NCBI GenBank assembly: GCA_963664305.2
Contig: CAXXLV010000002.1
Coordinates: forward strand, 1,716,428-1,780,427
DNA length: 64,000 bases
Direction: 5' to 3'
Source of the DNA: an uncultured Aliarcobacter sp.
GTDB taxonomy: Bacteria; Campylobacterota; Campylobacteria; Campylobacterales; Arcobacteraceae
Part shown: positions 30,401-39,732 of the stretch, one piece after another
How positions within the stretch are numbered: the first letter of the stretch is position 1
Layout of the letters: each line of letters opens with the position of its first letter
The notes under the pieces: model-generated
Database searches by the model: none
What the model was told of the DNA's origin: nothing
What the model saw: the letters and a program-made list of their open reading frames with translations, nothing else
Position numbers and translations under genes: made by a program

Positions 30401-30927
30401 GTTAAATTTTGAAGATTATTTATATTGTAAAAGTTTTCAAAAACAAAAGAGGCAACTCCAATTGAAAATAATATAGCAATTATTGAAATTGCTTGTAAAG
30501 CTGCATTTCCTCGTGAAAGATTTTTTTTGCCATAAATATCAAGAATAAGACCAAATTTTGCAGGACTATAAATAGCACTTTGAACAGCTAATAAAACTAA
30601 AGAAAACATTGCAAAATAGAAATTCTCACTCATATATGAAATTATCATCAAAACTGATAATAAAAAAGATGATAAAGCCCCATAAACCATAATATTCTTT
30701 TTATTATATTTATCAGACAAATATCCACTTAGAGTAAATAGAAGTAAAAAAGGAATTATAATCATTGCATTGATTATTGAAATCCAAATTACTTGTGTTG
30801 TTCCATCAAAAACTTTAAAAGCTATATTTTGTAATAAAACTTTGTGAGCAACATCAACAACAGCATTACAAAAAACTACAAATAAAAATGCAATTTTTAT
30901 TGATAAAAGATTATTTATTTTTGTCAT
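27448..30927 (-). CDS. aas: MFS lysophospholipid transporter / acyltransferase / acyl-ACP synthetase fusion (LplT-Aas type)
   Basis: N-terminal MFS (QSAIYSPAKFG), PlsC motifs NHISWLD and FPEGSITRNG, adenylation motifs FSSGSEGKPKG, EGFGATE, TGD, DRYSRFAKLGGEM. Confidence 0.92.
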   Translation of the reverse strand: MTKINNLLSIKIAFLFVVFCNAVVDVAHKVLLQNIAFKVFDGTTQVIWISIINAMIIIPFLLLFTLSGYLSDKYNKKNIMVYGALSSFLLSVLMIISYMSENFYFAMFSLVLLAVQSAIYSPAKFGLILDIYGKKNLSRGNAALQAISIIAILFSIGVASFVFENFYNINNLQNLTSKEELLTAILPLTYYILPVAFLEMVVSFLFLRRINTVYVKDENLTLDKDEFFKGKLLVKNIRTIFSHDVIFLSVIGLSVFWGVSQATMAVFPSFVKQYLNITDVFLINGVIAASGIGIAIGSVLYSRISKHYIEVGTIPLASFGMAFSLYVSTVVQTPFLLAISFLMFGVFGGMFVVPLNALIQFNAKKKVLGTILAGNNWFHSLSMFLMLCMTTIVSYFDLDPLKTIYLILLIIVIGTAYTIYKLPQSLILLFLKSIVGLKYKLEVDGIKNIPSSGGVLLLGNHISWLDWAIILMAVPREVKFVMDKTIYSKWYINWILKMFKAIPISNASSKSTIQLIANELDNGSVVVLFPEGSITRNGHLGEFKKGFEKVLELTQTEIKVIPFYIRGLWESMFSRANKKFKKSKKTNSVTVSFARSMTKERANIVSIKKEVFELSSKSWKEHIRNLKPLNETIFDRLKEVSSEIVFADSTGLEMTGSKFLTASILFKDLLKKEIKGQNIGLLVPSTASGAFINYTVLMMGKTAINLNYTSEINSLKSSIELAEIKTIIASKKFVEKLESKGINIKEILELVEVIYLEELKTKISKNKGLFTYLSVKFLPNCILKLIHLTKTNKDDTVMILFSSGSEGKPKGVELSGDNILGNAQQIANIINVSNEDTIVGSLPLFHAFGIVVTTYLPLIEGIKCVAHPDPTDGLGIAKLVSSYKATIMCGTSTFFRLYAKNQKIHPLMFESLRLVVAGAEKLREDVKFEFKKRFGKDILEGFGATETSPVASCNLPDVLASDFTVQVGQKTGTVGMAIPGTTIKIVNPETYKELEPNEEGMILISGIQVMKGYLKNEEKTKEVLKTIKGKTYYITGDKGKIDEDGFLTIVDRYSRFAKLGGEMISLGAIEEKISRLLDLKDDSLVDFIVTSVEDEKKGEKIVLLISHVNEEYLLILKDKILKNFENKLMIPTDIKIVNEIPKLGSGKKDFNAAKLKARE

Positions 30928-30939
30928 TAGTTATCCTTT

Positions 30940-31566
30940 TTAATTAAATTGATTTAAATTTGTTTCAAAAAATTCTTTTAAATTTTCATTTAATATTTGA
31001 GAATTTTCTGGAATACTGATTTGCTCACCTATAAATACTTGACAATTAAAAGGAACAAATAAAGCTTCTCCTTTTGGTAAAGAATTACCTAAACCTTGCA
31101 TTGCTATAGGAGTAATAGGTATATCTTTTTTATCTTTTAATAAATAATATAACCCTTTTTTTAATCTTGTCATTTGTTCTGGTTTTCCCCTACTTCCTTC
31201 TGGAAATAATATTAAAATATCTCCATTATCTAAAGCTTCATGTGGCTTTTTAAATAACTCTTCTTGAGAACTCGCACCCGTTCTATCTAAAGGAATTATT
31301 CCTATACAATAAGTTGAAATCCAAGATATAAATTTATTTCTCATAAAATAATCTGCTGCTGCAACTGGACGAATTTTATCTATCATAGACAAAGGATATA
31401 GACTCATAATTACTAAAGTATCTAAATGACTATTATGATTAGGAGTAATAACAGCACCACCCTTTAAAGGTAGATTTTCTCTTCCTCTAATATTTAATCC
31501 TAAAATAACAAATACAATAGGTTTTACTATAAAAGCAAAAAATAAAATTTTAATAACTCTTTTCAT
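30940..31566 (-). CDS. Lysophospholipid acyltransferase (PlsC family)
   Basis: NHNSHLD (HX4D), RPVAAADYF, FPEGSRG. Confidence 0.9.
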   Translation of the reverse strand: MKRVIKILFFAFIVKPIVFVILGLNIRGRENLPLKGGAVITPNHNSHLDTLVIMSLYPLSMIDKIRPVAAADYFMRNKFISWISTYCIGIIPLDRTGASSQEELFKKPHEALDNGDILILFPEGSRGKPEQMTRLKKGLYYLLKDKKDIPITPIAMQGLGNSLPKGEALFVPFNCQVFIGEQISIPENSQILNENLKEFFETNLNQFN

Positions 31567-31567
31567 A

Positions 31568-32500
31568 TTAATAACTCACATAATATAAGAAATGGAAAAA
31601 TGCTGGTGCTGTATACATTAAACTATCTATTCTATCTAAAATTCCACCATGACCAGGGATAAATGTACCTGTATCTTTTATTCCGATATCTCTTTTTACA
31701 CTTGAGATTACAACATCTCCAAAAAATCCGATACAAGATATAATAAATCCTGCCATAAATCCATAAGACATATCTAAAGGTGTTAAATAAGGAGCTATTA
31801 TTCCAGAGATTAAAGTAACACTAAAAACTCCACCTAAAAAACCTTCCCATGTTTTATTTGGACTAACTTTTGGAATAATCTTATGTTTTCCAAATAATTT
31901 TCCAAAAACATATTGAGAAACGTCATTAAACTGTGTCATTATCAATAAAAATAAAACTGGACCAATATTCCCAGCTAAACTATTATGAACTGGCAATGCC
32001 ATAAGATAAGCTATATGACTTATACTAAAAACTGTTAACATTGTTGCCCATTGAATTATACTTGCTGATTTTATAAAACCACTTGTTTCTCCAATCAAAA
32101 CTAATCTTATAGGTATAAATAAAAACAGATAAACAGGAATGAAAATTATAAACATTCCATACCAACCAATACTAATCCAATAATATTGTAAAGGTATAGA
32201 TAAATAAGCCCAAAAAATAGCTCTTCTATCTACATATCTAACAGAAACAATTGATAAAAACTCTTTTAAAGCTAAAAATGATAAAAAAGCAAAAAATATT
32301 AAAGCCGATTTTAGACTAATACTTAATGCTAAAAAAACAATAGCAATCATCCACCACCAAGATTTTATTCTTAATCCTAATTCATTAAAATCCTTATTTG
32401 GATTTTTAACTTTTTTGTATTGATATATCAAAGTTGATATAACTAAAACAACAATGGTAAAAGCCATTGCATACAATGAATTTTGTGCAATATCAAACAT
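31568..32500 (-). CDS. Phosphatidate cytidylyltransferase (CdsA/YnbB-like)
   Basis: NDVSQYVFGKLFG, VSPNKTWEG, KRDIGIKD, PGHGGILDRIDSL. Confidence 0.92.
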   Translation of the reverse strand: MFDIAQNSLYAMAFTIVVLVISTLIYQYKKVKNPNKDFNELGLRIKSWWWMIAIVFLALSISLKSALIFFAFLSFLALKEFLSIVSVRYVDRRAIFWAYLSIPLQYYWISIGWYGMFIIFIPVYLFLFIPIRLVLIGETSGFIKSASIIQWATMLTVFSISHIAYLMALPVHNSLAGNIGPVLFLLIMTQFNDVSQYVFGKLFGKHKIIPKVSPNKTWEGFLGGVFSVTLISGIIAPYLTPLDMSYGFMAGFIISCIGFFGDVVISSVKRDIGIKDTGTFIPGHGGILDRIDSLMYTAPAFFHFLYYVSY

Positions 32501-33147
32501 TATTTTCCTTCTAAAGTGTTGTAAATAGTTTTTATTCTATTGATTATTGTTAAAAATGAACCAATTGTTATGATAAATAAAGTAACAGTCAAAATATAAT
32601 CTGAATTTAAATATGAAAATTCAAATGGAGTTAATATTAAAGCTGTTGTTAAAATTGCCATTCTATGTTGTTTTGCCATTGGTCCTTTAAAACAACTTCC
32701 AGCTTGCATACTTGTACCTAAAACTCTTACATAAGCTGTTAAAGCTGCAAAAAGTGCTGCTAAATATCCAAGTTCTATTCCAAAAGAAATATTTGTTATT
32801 GAATATCCCAAAGCTATAAAAAGTAAACTATCAGAAACTCTATCTGGAATATCATTAAATAACTCCCCTGATTTTGTACTCTTACCACCTTCAAGTGCAA
32901 CCATTCCATCAAATAAATTACATAATAACCTCATTTGTATAAATAATGCAGCTAATATTGGAGAAATCCAAATAGTAAAAAAATTATCATTTGAAATTAA
33001 CAATATAAAAATTGAAGCTATAAAAGAAGCAGCTATACTACCTATTGATATTTGATTTGGAGTAATATCTTTTTTGCTTAAATAACTTGCAAACTTTTGG
33101 CTCCAAACACTTCCTCTAACTTTTAATGGTCTTCTATTATCATTCAT
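32500..33147 (-). CDS. CDP-alcohol phosphatidyltransferase (YnbA-like)
   Basis: ITPNQIS, CDP-AP motif variant NLFDGMVA..GELFNDIPDRVSD, GPMAKQHR. Confidence 0.9.
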   Translation of the reverse strand: MNDNRRPLKVRGSVWSQKFASYLSKKDITPNQISIGSIAASFIASIFILLISNDNFFTIWISPILAALFIQMRLLCNLFDGMVALEGGKSTKSGELFNDIPDRVSDSLLFIALGYSITNISFGIELGYLAALFAALTAYVRVLGTSMQAGSCFKGPMAKQHRMAILTTALILTPFEFSYLNSDYILTVTLFIITIGSFLTIINRIKTIYNTLEGK

Positions 33148-33160
33148 ATTCTTTCCTTCT

Positions 33161-33514
33161 TTAACTAATTTTAGATACTTTTTTTGCCATAAAAACAGAA
33201 AATAATAAAGATACTACAACTGTTGGAGCAATAGTATAAAAAATATTTTGTGTATTTATCAACAAATGTCCAATAAAAACTATACTTGAAGTAATTATTA
33301 CAGTTAATATTGCAACAATATAAGATGAACTATTTATAAATAATCTATTAAAAACTATTATCAAACGAACCATAAAAATAGTTATCAAAAAACTTGCAGA
33401 AGCTTGAAAAAAAGATGATATAAATCTATTTTCATCTTTTATATTTATAAAATACGACCAAGTTCCCCATAAAATAAAAGCAAAAATTGCTGATATATAT
33501 TTCTCTTTTTTCAT
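33161..33514 (-). CDS. Small 4-TM hypothetical membrane protein
   Basis: Four hydrophobic segments; start overlaps the MerR stop. Confidence 0.75.
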   Translation of the reverse strand: MKKEKYISAIFAFILWGTWSYFINIKDENRFISSFFQASASFLITIFMVRLIIVFNRLFINSSSYIVAILTVIITSSIVFIGHLLINTQNIFYTIAPTVVVSLLFSVFMAKKVSKIS

Positions 33515-34152
33515 TATTTAGCCTTTTTAAACTCAATGATTGTGTGTCGATTGAAAATATATGGTTTAAATGAATTAAGTATATCAAGTACTAAAACTTC
33601 AGGTAAAAATCCATTTTTTTCTAAAACTTTACTTGTTAACTCTTTCTCAAGTAATGCAAGTTTTTTACTTGTATTTACATATTCACTTATAAGTTCAGTT
33701 GAGATGTCATATTTTCTTAACTCATTAAAAGTGTTTAAAACTTCTATTTCTGTTTTAAAAAATACTTCTTTATCATCTAGTAAATCAAGTTTTATAGCTT
33801 CATCTATATTTTGATTTATTAAATCTTTTTTTAAAATTGGATTTTTAATCTCACTACTTAACATTTGAATTGATTGTAAAATTAAATCTGATCTATCATC
33901 AAAATTTATTTTGTAATAATCAAAAAGTTCTTTTATATAATCAATTGAAAAGTTTAGGTTATCTTTGAAGTATTTAATTAGATTTAAAACAGTGATTGTA
34001 ATTTCAGGATAATATTTCATATTTTTTGATGTGCTTAAAGTGTTTGGTAATAAACCTTTTTTATCATAAAATGAAATCGTATGATTACTTAGATTTGATA
34101 ATTCTACTAACTCTGACATTTTATAATAGTTTTTATTCTCTATTATTTTCAT
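33514..34152 (-). CDS. MerR-family HTH transcriptional regulator
   Basis: YKMSELVELSNLSNHTISFYDKKGLLP..NMKYY..LNFSIDYIKE matches a MerR HTH; no Cys residues. Confidence 0.85.
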   Translation of the reverse strand: MKIIENKNYYKMSELVELSNLSNHTISFYDKKGLLPNTLSTSKNMKYYPEITITVLNLIKYFKDNLNFSIDYIKELFDYYKINFDDRSDLILQSIQMLSSEIKNPILKKDLINQNIDEAIKLDLLDDKEVFFKTEIEVLNTFNELRKYDISTELISEYVNTSKKLALLEKELTSKVLEKNGFLPEVLVLDILNSFKPYIFNRHTIIEFKKAK

Positions 34153-34162
34153 TATTTTCCTT

Positions 34163-34243
34163 TAAAGTATAAAGTACAACTCTTTACTTTTGAAAGTTTA
34201 TAAAAATTAATTTAAAAAGTCAAGAGTTTAACTCTTTACTTTT
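34163..34243 (-). promoter_or_regulatory. sigma70 promoter of MerR-lipid operon flanked by two palindromic operators
   Basis: TTGACT (34223-34218)-17 nt-TAAACT (34200-34195); operators AAAAGTCAAGAGTT-T-AACTCTTTACTTTT (34215-34243) and TAAAGTATAAAGTA-C-AACTCTTTACTTTT (34163-34191). Confidence 0.75.
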
Positions 34244-34323
34244 TATTTATCAACTATTAACCACTTATTGGATAAAATCTGATTATCTATCAAAATAAAA
34301 AATAATCATTATTAAGGAATTAT

Positions 34324-35814
34324 ATGTACCAAACCATGAAAAAAGAGTGGTTTTCAAATATTAGAGCTGATTTTTTATCAGGTCTTGTAGTTGCACTTGC
34401 ACTTATCCCTGAAGCAATTGCTTTTTCAATTATTGCAGGAGTTGACCCAAAAGTTGGACTTTATGCTTCATTTTCTATGGCAGTTGTAATTGCATTTGTT
34501 GGAGGACGACCTGCAATGATTAGTGCAGCTACTGGTGCTATGGCTCTTGTGATGGTGACATTAGTAAAAGAACATGGTTTACAATATCTACTAGCTGCTA
34601 CACTTTTAACTGGTGTTATTCAAATATTTTTATCATATATTGGTATTCATAAACTTATGAGTTTTGTTGCACGTGCTGTTGTTGTTGGATTTGTAAATGC
34701 ACTAGCAATTTTAATCTTTATGGCTCAATTACCTGAACTAACTAACGTAACATGGCATGTTTATGCTTTAACTGCGGTTGGTCTTGGTATTATTTATCTA
34801 TTTCCTTATGTGCCAAAAATTGGAAAACTTTTGCCCTCACCTCTTGTAACAATTGTAGTTCTTACTATATTTGTATATTTTGTTGGTTGGGATGTAAGAA
34901 ATGTTGGAGATATGGGTGAATTACCAAACACTTTACCAATATTTTTATTTCCAGAAATTCCTCTAAATTTTGAAACTTTACAAATCATTTTTCCATACTC
35001 TTTTGCTTTGGCAATTGTTGGACTTTTAGAATCATTTATGACAGCAACTATAATTGATGATTTAACAGATACTAAAAGTAATAAACAAACGGAAGCCAGA
35101 GGTCAAGGTATTGCAAATATAGCAACAGGTTGTATTGGTGGAATGGCAGGTTGTGCTATGATTGGTCAATCAATTATCAACTTTAAATCAGGTGGAAGAG
35201 GAAGATTATCTACTTTTATTGCTGGTTTTTTACTTTTGATAATGGTTGTATTTTTAAGTGATATTATCTCTATAATTCCTATGGCAGCATTGGTTGCAGT
35301 TATGATAATGGTTTCTATTAGTACATTTAACTGGGCTTCAATTGGTGAATTAAAAACTCTTCCATTTTCAACAAATCTTGTGATGTTATCAACTGTTTGT
35401 GTTACAGTTTATACACACAATCTTGCGATGGGAGTAATCACAGGAGTATTACTTGCTTCTTTATTTTTTGCAAATAAGATTTCACACTTTATGTACAATG
35501 AAACTTTTTATAATGAAAATAAAACTATAAAAACTTATAAATTCGTAGGGCAAGTCTTTTTTAATAGTGCTGATAAATTTTATGAAATGATTGATTTTAA
35601 AGAAGACATTAAAAAAGTTATTATTGATGTATCAAGGGCTCATTTTTGGGATATTTCTGCTGTTTATGCTTTAGATAAATCAGTAATAAAACTTAGACGT
35701 GAAGGTAAAGAAGTTGAAGTTATCGGACAAAATGAAGCAAGTAAAACTATCATAGATAGATTTGGAATTCATGATAAACCTGAAGAAATAGAAAAAGTGA
35801 TGGGTGGTCATTAA
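34324..35814 (+). CDS. SulP family inorganic anion transporter with STAS domain
   Basis: [64 protein letters not shown]. Confidence 0.93.
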   Translation: MYQTMKKEWFSNIRADFLSGLVVALALIPEAIAFSIIAGVDPKVGLYASFSMAVVIAFVGGRPAMISAATGAMALVMVTLVKEHGLQYLLAATLLTGVIQIFLSYIGIHKLMSFVARAVVVGFVNALAILIFMAQLPELTNVTWHVYALTAVGLGIIYLFPYVPKIGKLLPSPLVTIVVLTIFVYFVGWDVRNVGDMGELPNTLPIFLFPEIPLNFETLQIIFPYSFALAIVGLLESFMTATIIDDLTDTKSNKQTEARGQGIANIATGCIGGMAGCAMIGQSIINFKSGGRGRLSTFIAGFLLLIMVVFLSDIISIIPMAALVAVMIMVSISTFNWASIGELKTLPFSTNLVMLSTVCVTVYTHNLAMGVITGVLLASLFFANKISHFMYNETFYNENKTIKTYKFVGQVFFNSADKFYEMIDFKEDIKKVIIDVSRAHFWDISAVYALDKSVIKLRREGKEVEVIGQNEASKTIIDRFGIHDKPEEIEKVMGGH

Positions 35815-35874
35815 GACTACCTAATAAACCATATATTAACTTTTCGCTAACATACCAAGAAAAAAAGGATTAAA

Positions 35875-36279
35875 ATGGAATTAGATTTATACGTAGGATT
35901 TATAAGTTTCTTTTTTACGGCCGTTGCTTTAGTTGTAGTTTTTCTTTATTTATATGCGATTGTTACACCTTATGATGACTATAAACTTATCTTTGAAGAT
36001 AATAACATTGCAGCATCTTTAGGTTTTGGAGGAGCAATTATTGGAGTTGCAATTCCACTTTACAGCGCTTTAGTTAACTCTATATCATATAATGATTTTG
36101 TAATTTGGGGAGGAGTTGCAATATTTATTCAATTAATTTTTGCATTTATCGTAACTAGACTTGGGGGAAAATACTCTTTTAAAACAAAAATCTCTCAAGG
36201 TGTTATTCCAGTTGGAATTCTAATGGCATTTTTATCAATTGCAATTGGTTTATTAAATGCAGGGTCAATGAGTTATTAA
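35875..36279 (+). CDS. DUF350 (YjfL-like) membrane protein
   Basis: VTPYDDYKLI..NNIAASLGFGGAIIG, ends GLLNAGSMSY. Confidence 0.8.
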   Translation: MELDLYVGFISFFFTAVALVVVFLYLYAIVTPYDDYKLIFEDNNIAASLGFGGAIIGVAIPLYSALVNSISYNDFVIWGGVAIFIQLIFAFIVTRLGGKYSFKTKISQGVIPVGILMAFLSIAIGLLNAGSMSY

Positions 36280-36292
36280 AAACTCATTGATT

Positions 36293-36637
36293 TTAAACTT
36301 TCTGATTTCCAAATAAAATTACAAAAACTCCAAAAATACATAAACTAGAACCTAGTAAGTCCCATCTATTAAACTCTTGTTTTTCTACAAAATATAACCA
36401 AAGTAGAGATGAAACAATATAAATCCCACCATAAACAGCATAAGCTCGTCCAGCAAACTCTAAATTTACTTTGGTTAAAGCATAAGCAAAAGCAATCAAA
36501 GAAAAAACTCCAAGAATTAAGAACCAATAACTTTTGCCAACTTTAAAATAAACCCAAAAACTATAACAACCAAGTATCTCAAAAAAGGCTGCTAAAAAAT
36601 ATAAACTAAACTCTTTTATCAAAACTCTTCCTAACAA
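36293..36637 (-). CDS. YnfA (UPF0060) SMR-like membrane protein
   Basis: AAFFEILGCY, AGRAYAVYGGIYI..SLLW, RWDLLG; true start may be TTG at 36622. Confidence 0.88.
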   Translation of the reverse strand: MLGRVLIKEFSLYFLAAFFEILGCYSFWVYFKVGKSYWFLILGVFSLIAFAYALTKVNLEFAGRAYAVYGGIYIVSSLLWLYFVEKQEFNRWDLLGSSLCIFGVFVILFGNQKV

Positions 36638-36644
36638 TTTAAAA

Positions 36645-37439
36645 CTAATTATCTATTTTAAAAACTTTCCATGCAGAAATAAGAAGAATGATACCTAAGA
36701 TTATAGAGATAAACTCTGAATTTACAAAATCTAATAACAATGAACCTACAAATACACCAACAAAAGAGCCAAAAATCATATATATTAAAAATTTTTTCTC
36801 TTTAATAATTTGTTTATATTGCTGACTTTTAGAATATCTATAAAATGCCATAAGCATTGTTGGTAAACTTATACACAAAGATATACTCCCTGCTATTTTT
36901 GGTTCTATTCCAAAAAGTAAAATTAGAGTTGGAATAATAAACTCTCCACCAGCAACTCCTAAAATAGCTGAAATAACACCTATTAAAACACCAGACATTA
37001 CACCAACTATAAAAAGAATTATTTTATTTGAAAAAAAAGCTTCTCCATAACTCAAATAATTATACCCAATTAACATACTTAAGGCTAGGATTATTAATAA
37101 TACAAATATAATTTTATTTAAGATGCTTTCTCTTAGATTCATTGCATAATTAGCACCTATATATGCACCAATTAAACTACCAATTAAAATATTTATTATG
37201 ATGGAAGAATAAGGGATAATTTCTTCAAAACCTATAGTATGACTTCTAAAAAAGAGTGAAAAAATCACTACGGCCAAAGAAACTATTTTATTTATGATTA
37301 TTGCACTTAAAGTTGCAAAACCAAAAAACTTAACCAAAATAGGAAGTCTAAATTCAGCACCACCTAAGCCTATTAATCCACCTAACGTTGCTACACTTCC
37401 ACCTGTCAAAAAGGAAAAGAAATTTTTATTTTTGTACAT
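36645..37439 (-). CDS. Sulfite exporter TauE/SafE (TSUP) family protein
   Basis: LGGLIGLGGAEFRLP and LGVAGGEFIIP duplicated halves; GGAGG RBS before ATG 37439. Confidence 0.85.
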   Translation of the reverse strand: MYKNKNFFSFLTGGSVATLGGLIGLGGAEFRLPILVKFFGFATLSAIIINKIVSLAVVIFSLFFRSHTIGFEEIIPYSSIIINILIGSLIGAYIGANYAMNLRESILNKIIFVLLIILALSMLIGYNYLSYGEAFFSNKIILFIVGVMSGVLIGVISAILGVAGGEFIIPTLILLFGIEPKIAGSISLCISLPTMLMAFYRYSKSQQYKQIIKEKKFLIYMIFGSFVGVFVGSLLLDFVNSEFISIILGIILLISAWKVFKIDN

Positions 37440-37492
37440 AAATCCCTCCAATAATGGATTTGTATATACAGTTATTATTCCTTTGAAAGATT

Positions 37493-37735
37493 TTAGTTAT
37501 TTTTTTCTGTAAGTAAATTTACTACTTCATCAACATTTAACTGTTTTCCAGTACTTTTTACTATTCCATCAACAACAAGTGCAGGTGTACTCATCACTCC
37601 ATAATTCATTATTTCTACAATATCTTCAACTTTTTTAACTTCATGAAAACCACCAATTTTTGCAACTGCTTGTTTTACAGCTTCTTCTAAAGCTTTACAT
37701 TTTAAACATCCAGTTCCTAAAACTTCTATCTTCAT
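37493..37735 (-). CDS. Small thioredoxin-like redox protein (MTH895-like, often with ArsP)
   Basis: MKIEVLGTGCLKC (CXXC), YGVMSTPALVVDG; ATG at 37735 follows AAGGA. Confidence 0.88.
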   Translation of the reverse strand: MKIEVLGTGCLKCKALEEAVKQAVAKIGGFHEVKKVEDIVEIMNYGVMSTPALVVDGIVKSTGKQLNVDEVVNLLTEKNN

Positions 37736-37854
37736 TTTTAATCCTTTTAAAATGTCCCATTTCAAAAGGGACCAAAATTTATAACTACTTTTATCACAAT
37801 TTATAAAAATTGTTAAAGTAGCAAACACTGAAGAGAACAACGAGTTGTTCTTTT

Positions 37855-38817
37855 TTATAAAATAGTATTAAATAAATAACCTGTCATTAAAATTGAAACA
37901 CCAACTATTCCAAAGAATATTGAAATAAGTTTTAAGCTTAATACTCTTTTTAAAATCATAGCTTCAGGAAGACTTAGAGCAACAACTGCCATCATAAATG
38001 ATAATGCTGTTCCTAAAAGCATTCCTTTTTGTGTTAAAACTTCAACAAGTGGTAAAATTCCTGCTGCGTTTGAATACATTGGTATTCCCATAATAACAGC
38101 AACTATTGGAGCATACCAAACATCACCACCTGCATAAAGACTTATAAAATCAGCTGGTATATATCCATGAATAAATGCACCTATTCCAACTCCAATTATC
38201 ACATAAAGATAAATCTTCTTAAAAATATCTGCTGTATTATCCCAAGACTCTTTTAATCTTTGATTAAATAAAGTTTCATCACTATTTGAACCATTGCAAC
38301 AACTATTTACAGGTTTTACTTCTATTAAAACCTCTTTTTCTAAATTCATACTTCCAATAACAAGTCCCGCAATAATAGCTATTAATAAACCTATTCCTAC
38401 ATATAATAAAGCTATTTTCCAACCAAAAAGTGAAAACAACATAGCAATTACAACAGCATCACTTAGTGGTGCAGAAATCAAATATGAAAAGGTTACTCCT
38501 AATGGAATTCTAGCTTGTAAGAAACCTAAAAAAAGTGGAATTGCACTACATGAACAAAATGGTGTTATAACTCCAAAAATAGCAGCCATTACATGACCTA
38601 CAAGTTTATGTTTACCACTTATATAATCTCTTGCTTTTTCTATTGGGAAATAACTTCTTAAAAATGTAACTATATAAATAATTGTAATTAATAGAATAAA
38701 TATTTTAATCGTATCATAAATAAAAAAATGTAAAGCATCACCTAAATGACTACCTTTAATCAATCCTAAAATATCAAATACAAATATCGAAGTTAAATTT
38801 ACAAGCCAATCAAACAT
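37855..38817 (-). CDS. arsP: ArsP-family (DUF318) permease
   Basis: TPFCSCSAIP, GIPMYSNAAG, ALSLPE motifs; located in the ars operon. Confidence 0.85.
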   Translation of the reverse strand: MFDWLVNLTSIFVFDILGLIKGSHLGDALHFFIYDTIKIFILLITIIYIVTFLRSYFPIEKARDYISGKHKLVGHVMAAIFGVITPFCSCSAIPLFLGFLQARIPLGVTFSYLISAPLSDAVVIAMLFSLFGWKIALLYVGIGLLIAIIAGLVIGSMNLEKEVLIEVKPVNSCCNGSNSDETLFNQRLKESWDNTADIFKKIYLYVIIGVGIGAFIHGYIPADFISLYAGGDVWYAPIVAVIMGIPMYSNAAGILPLVEVLTQKGMLLGTALSFMMAVVALSLPEAMILKRVLSLKLISIFFGIVGVSILMTGYLFNTIL

Positions 38818-39228
38818 CTATTTTAATACCTCAACAATTTTTGGAAGAAGTTTTTCTTCTATCTCTTTATATGTTTCTTCAAAAGCCTCAAAACCTTTTC
38901 CGGCTGGGTCTTCAAATCCCACATGAATAACTTTTACAGCTTTTGGAAACATTGGACAAGTTTCATTTGCATGGTCACAAACTGTTACTACTAAATCATA
39001 CTCATTATCTATTACTTTATCAATTGTTTTTGAATGATATTCTTCTTTCCAAATTCCTTTTTCTTCAAGAAGTTTTTTTGCATTTGGATTTACTTTTCCA
39101 CTAGCTCTTACTCCTGAACTATCTGCTTGAATTCCTTCTAACTTTGCATTTATAAGTGCTTCAGCAATAATACTTCTACAAGAATTCCCAGTGCATAAAA
39201 TCAAAACTCTTTTTTCTAAAATACTCAT
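38818..39228 (-). CDS. arsC: Arsenate reductase (thioredoxin-coupled, LMW-PTP fold)
   Basis: CTGNSCRS P-loop, VTVCDHANETCP resolving cysteines, FEDPA. Confidence 0.92.
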   Translation of the reverse strand: MSILEKRVLILCTGNSCRSIIAEALINAKLEGIQADSSGVRASGKVNPNAKKLLEEKGIWKEEYHSKTIDKVIDNEYDLVVTVCDHANETCPMFPKAVKVIHVGFEDPAGKGFEAFEETYKEIEEKLLPKIVEVLK

Positions 39229-39238
39229 TTTTTATCCT

Positions 39239-39712
39239 TTAATTATTCACATGCCAAGCTTCTGGAAAACCTGCTTTTATATGTTGATTTTTTACTAATT
39301 CAATAAATTTTAAAATATTAGTTTTTATCTCTTCTTTTGATACTCTAATTTTTGCTTTTTTCTCTTCATCACTTCCATTACTTGCTGGACTTGTAATATT
39401 CCAATGTAAAACTCCATCAAGACTTGGAAAAATAGGACAAGGTTCTTTTGCAGCTTCATCACACACTGTTATCACATAATGATAATGTCGTCCTTCTTTA
39501 AAATAGTCCAAAACTTTGTTTGTTGAGTAAGAAGAGATATCCTTATTTTCATCTTCTTTTAGCACTTCAACTGCAAGTGGATTTAATACACCTGGATTTA
39601 TTCCAGCACTATCCACTTCAAAATCTTCCCCACCAAACTTTCTTAATAATGCTTGTGCTATTTGACTTCTTGTTGTGTTAGCACTACAAACAAATAAAAC
39701 TTTTGTTTTCAA
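39239..39712 (-). CDS. arsC: Second arsenate reductase / LMW-PTP-fold protein
   Basis: CSANTTRS P-loop, ITVCDEAAKEPCP; TTG start. Confidence 0.8.
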   Translation of the reverse strand: MKTKVLFVCSANTTRSQIAQALLRKFGGEDFEVDSAGINPGVLNPLAVEVLKEDENKDISSYSTNKVLDYFKEGRHYHYVITVCDEAAKEPCPIFPSLDGVLHWNITSPASNGSDEEKKAKIRVSKEEIKTNILKFIELVKNQHIKAGFPEAWHVNN

Positions 39713-39732
39713 TCATCTCTCCTAAATAAAAT

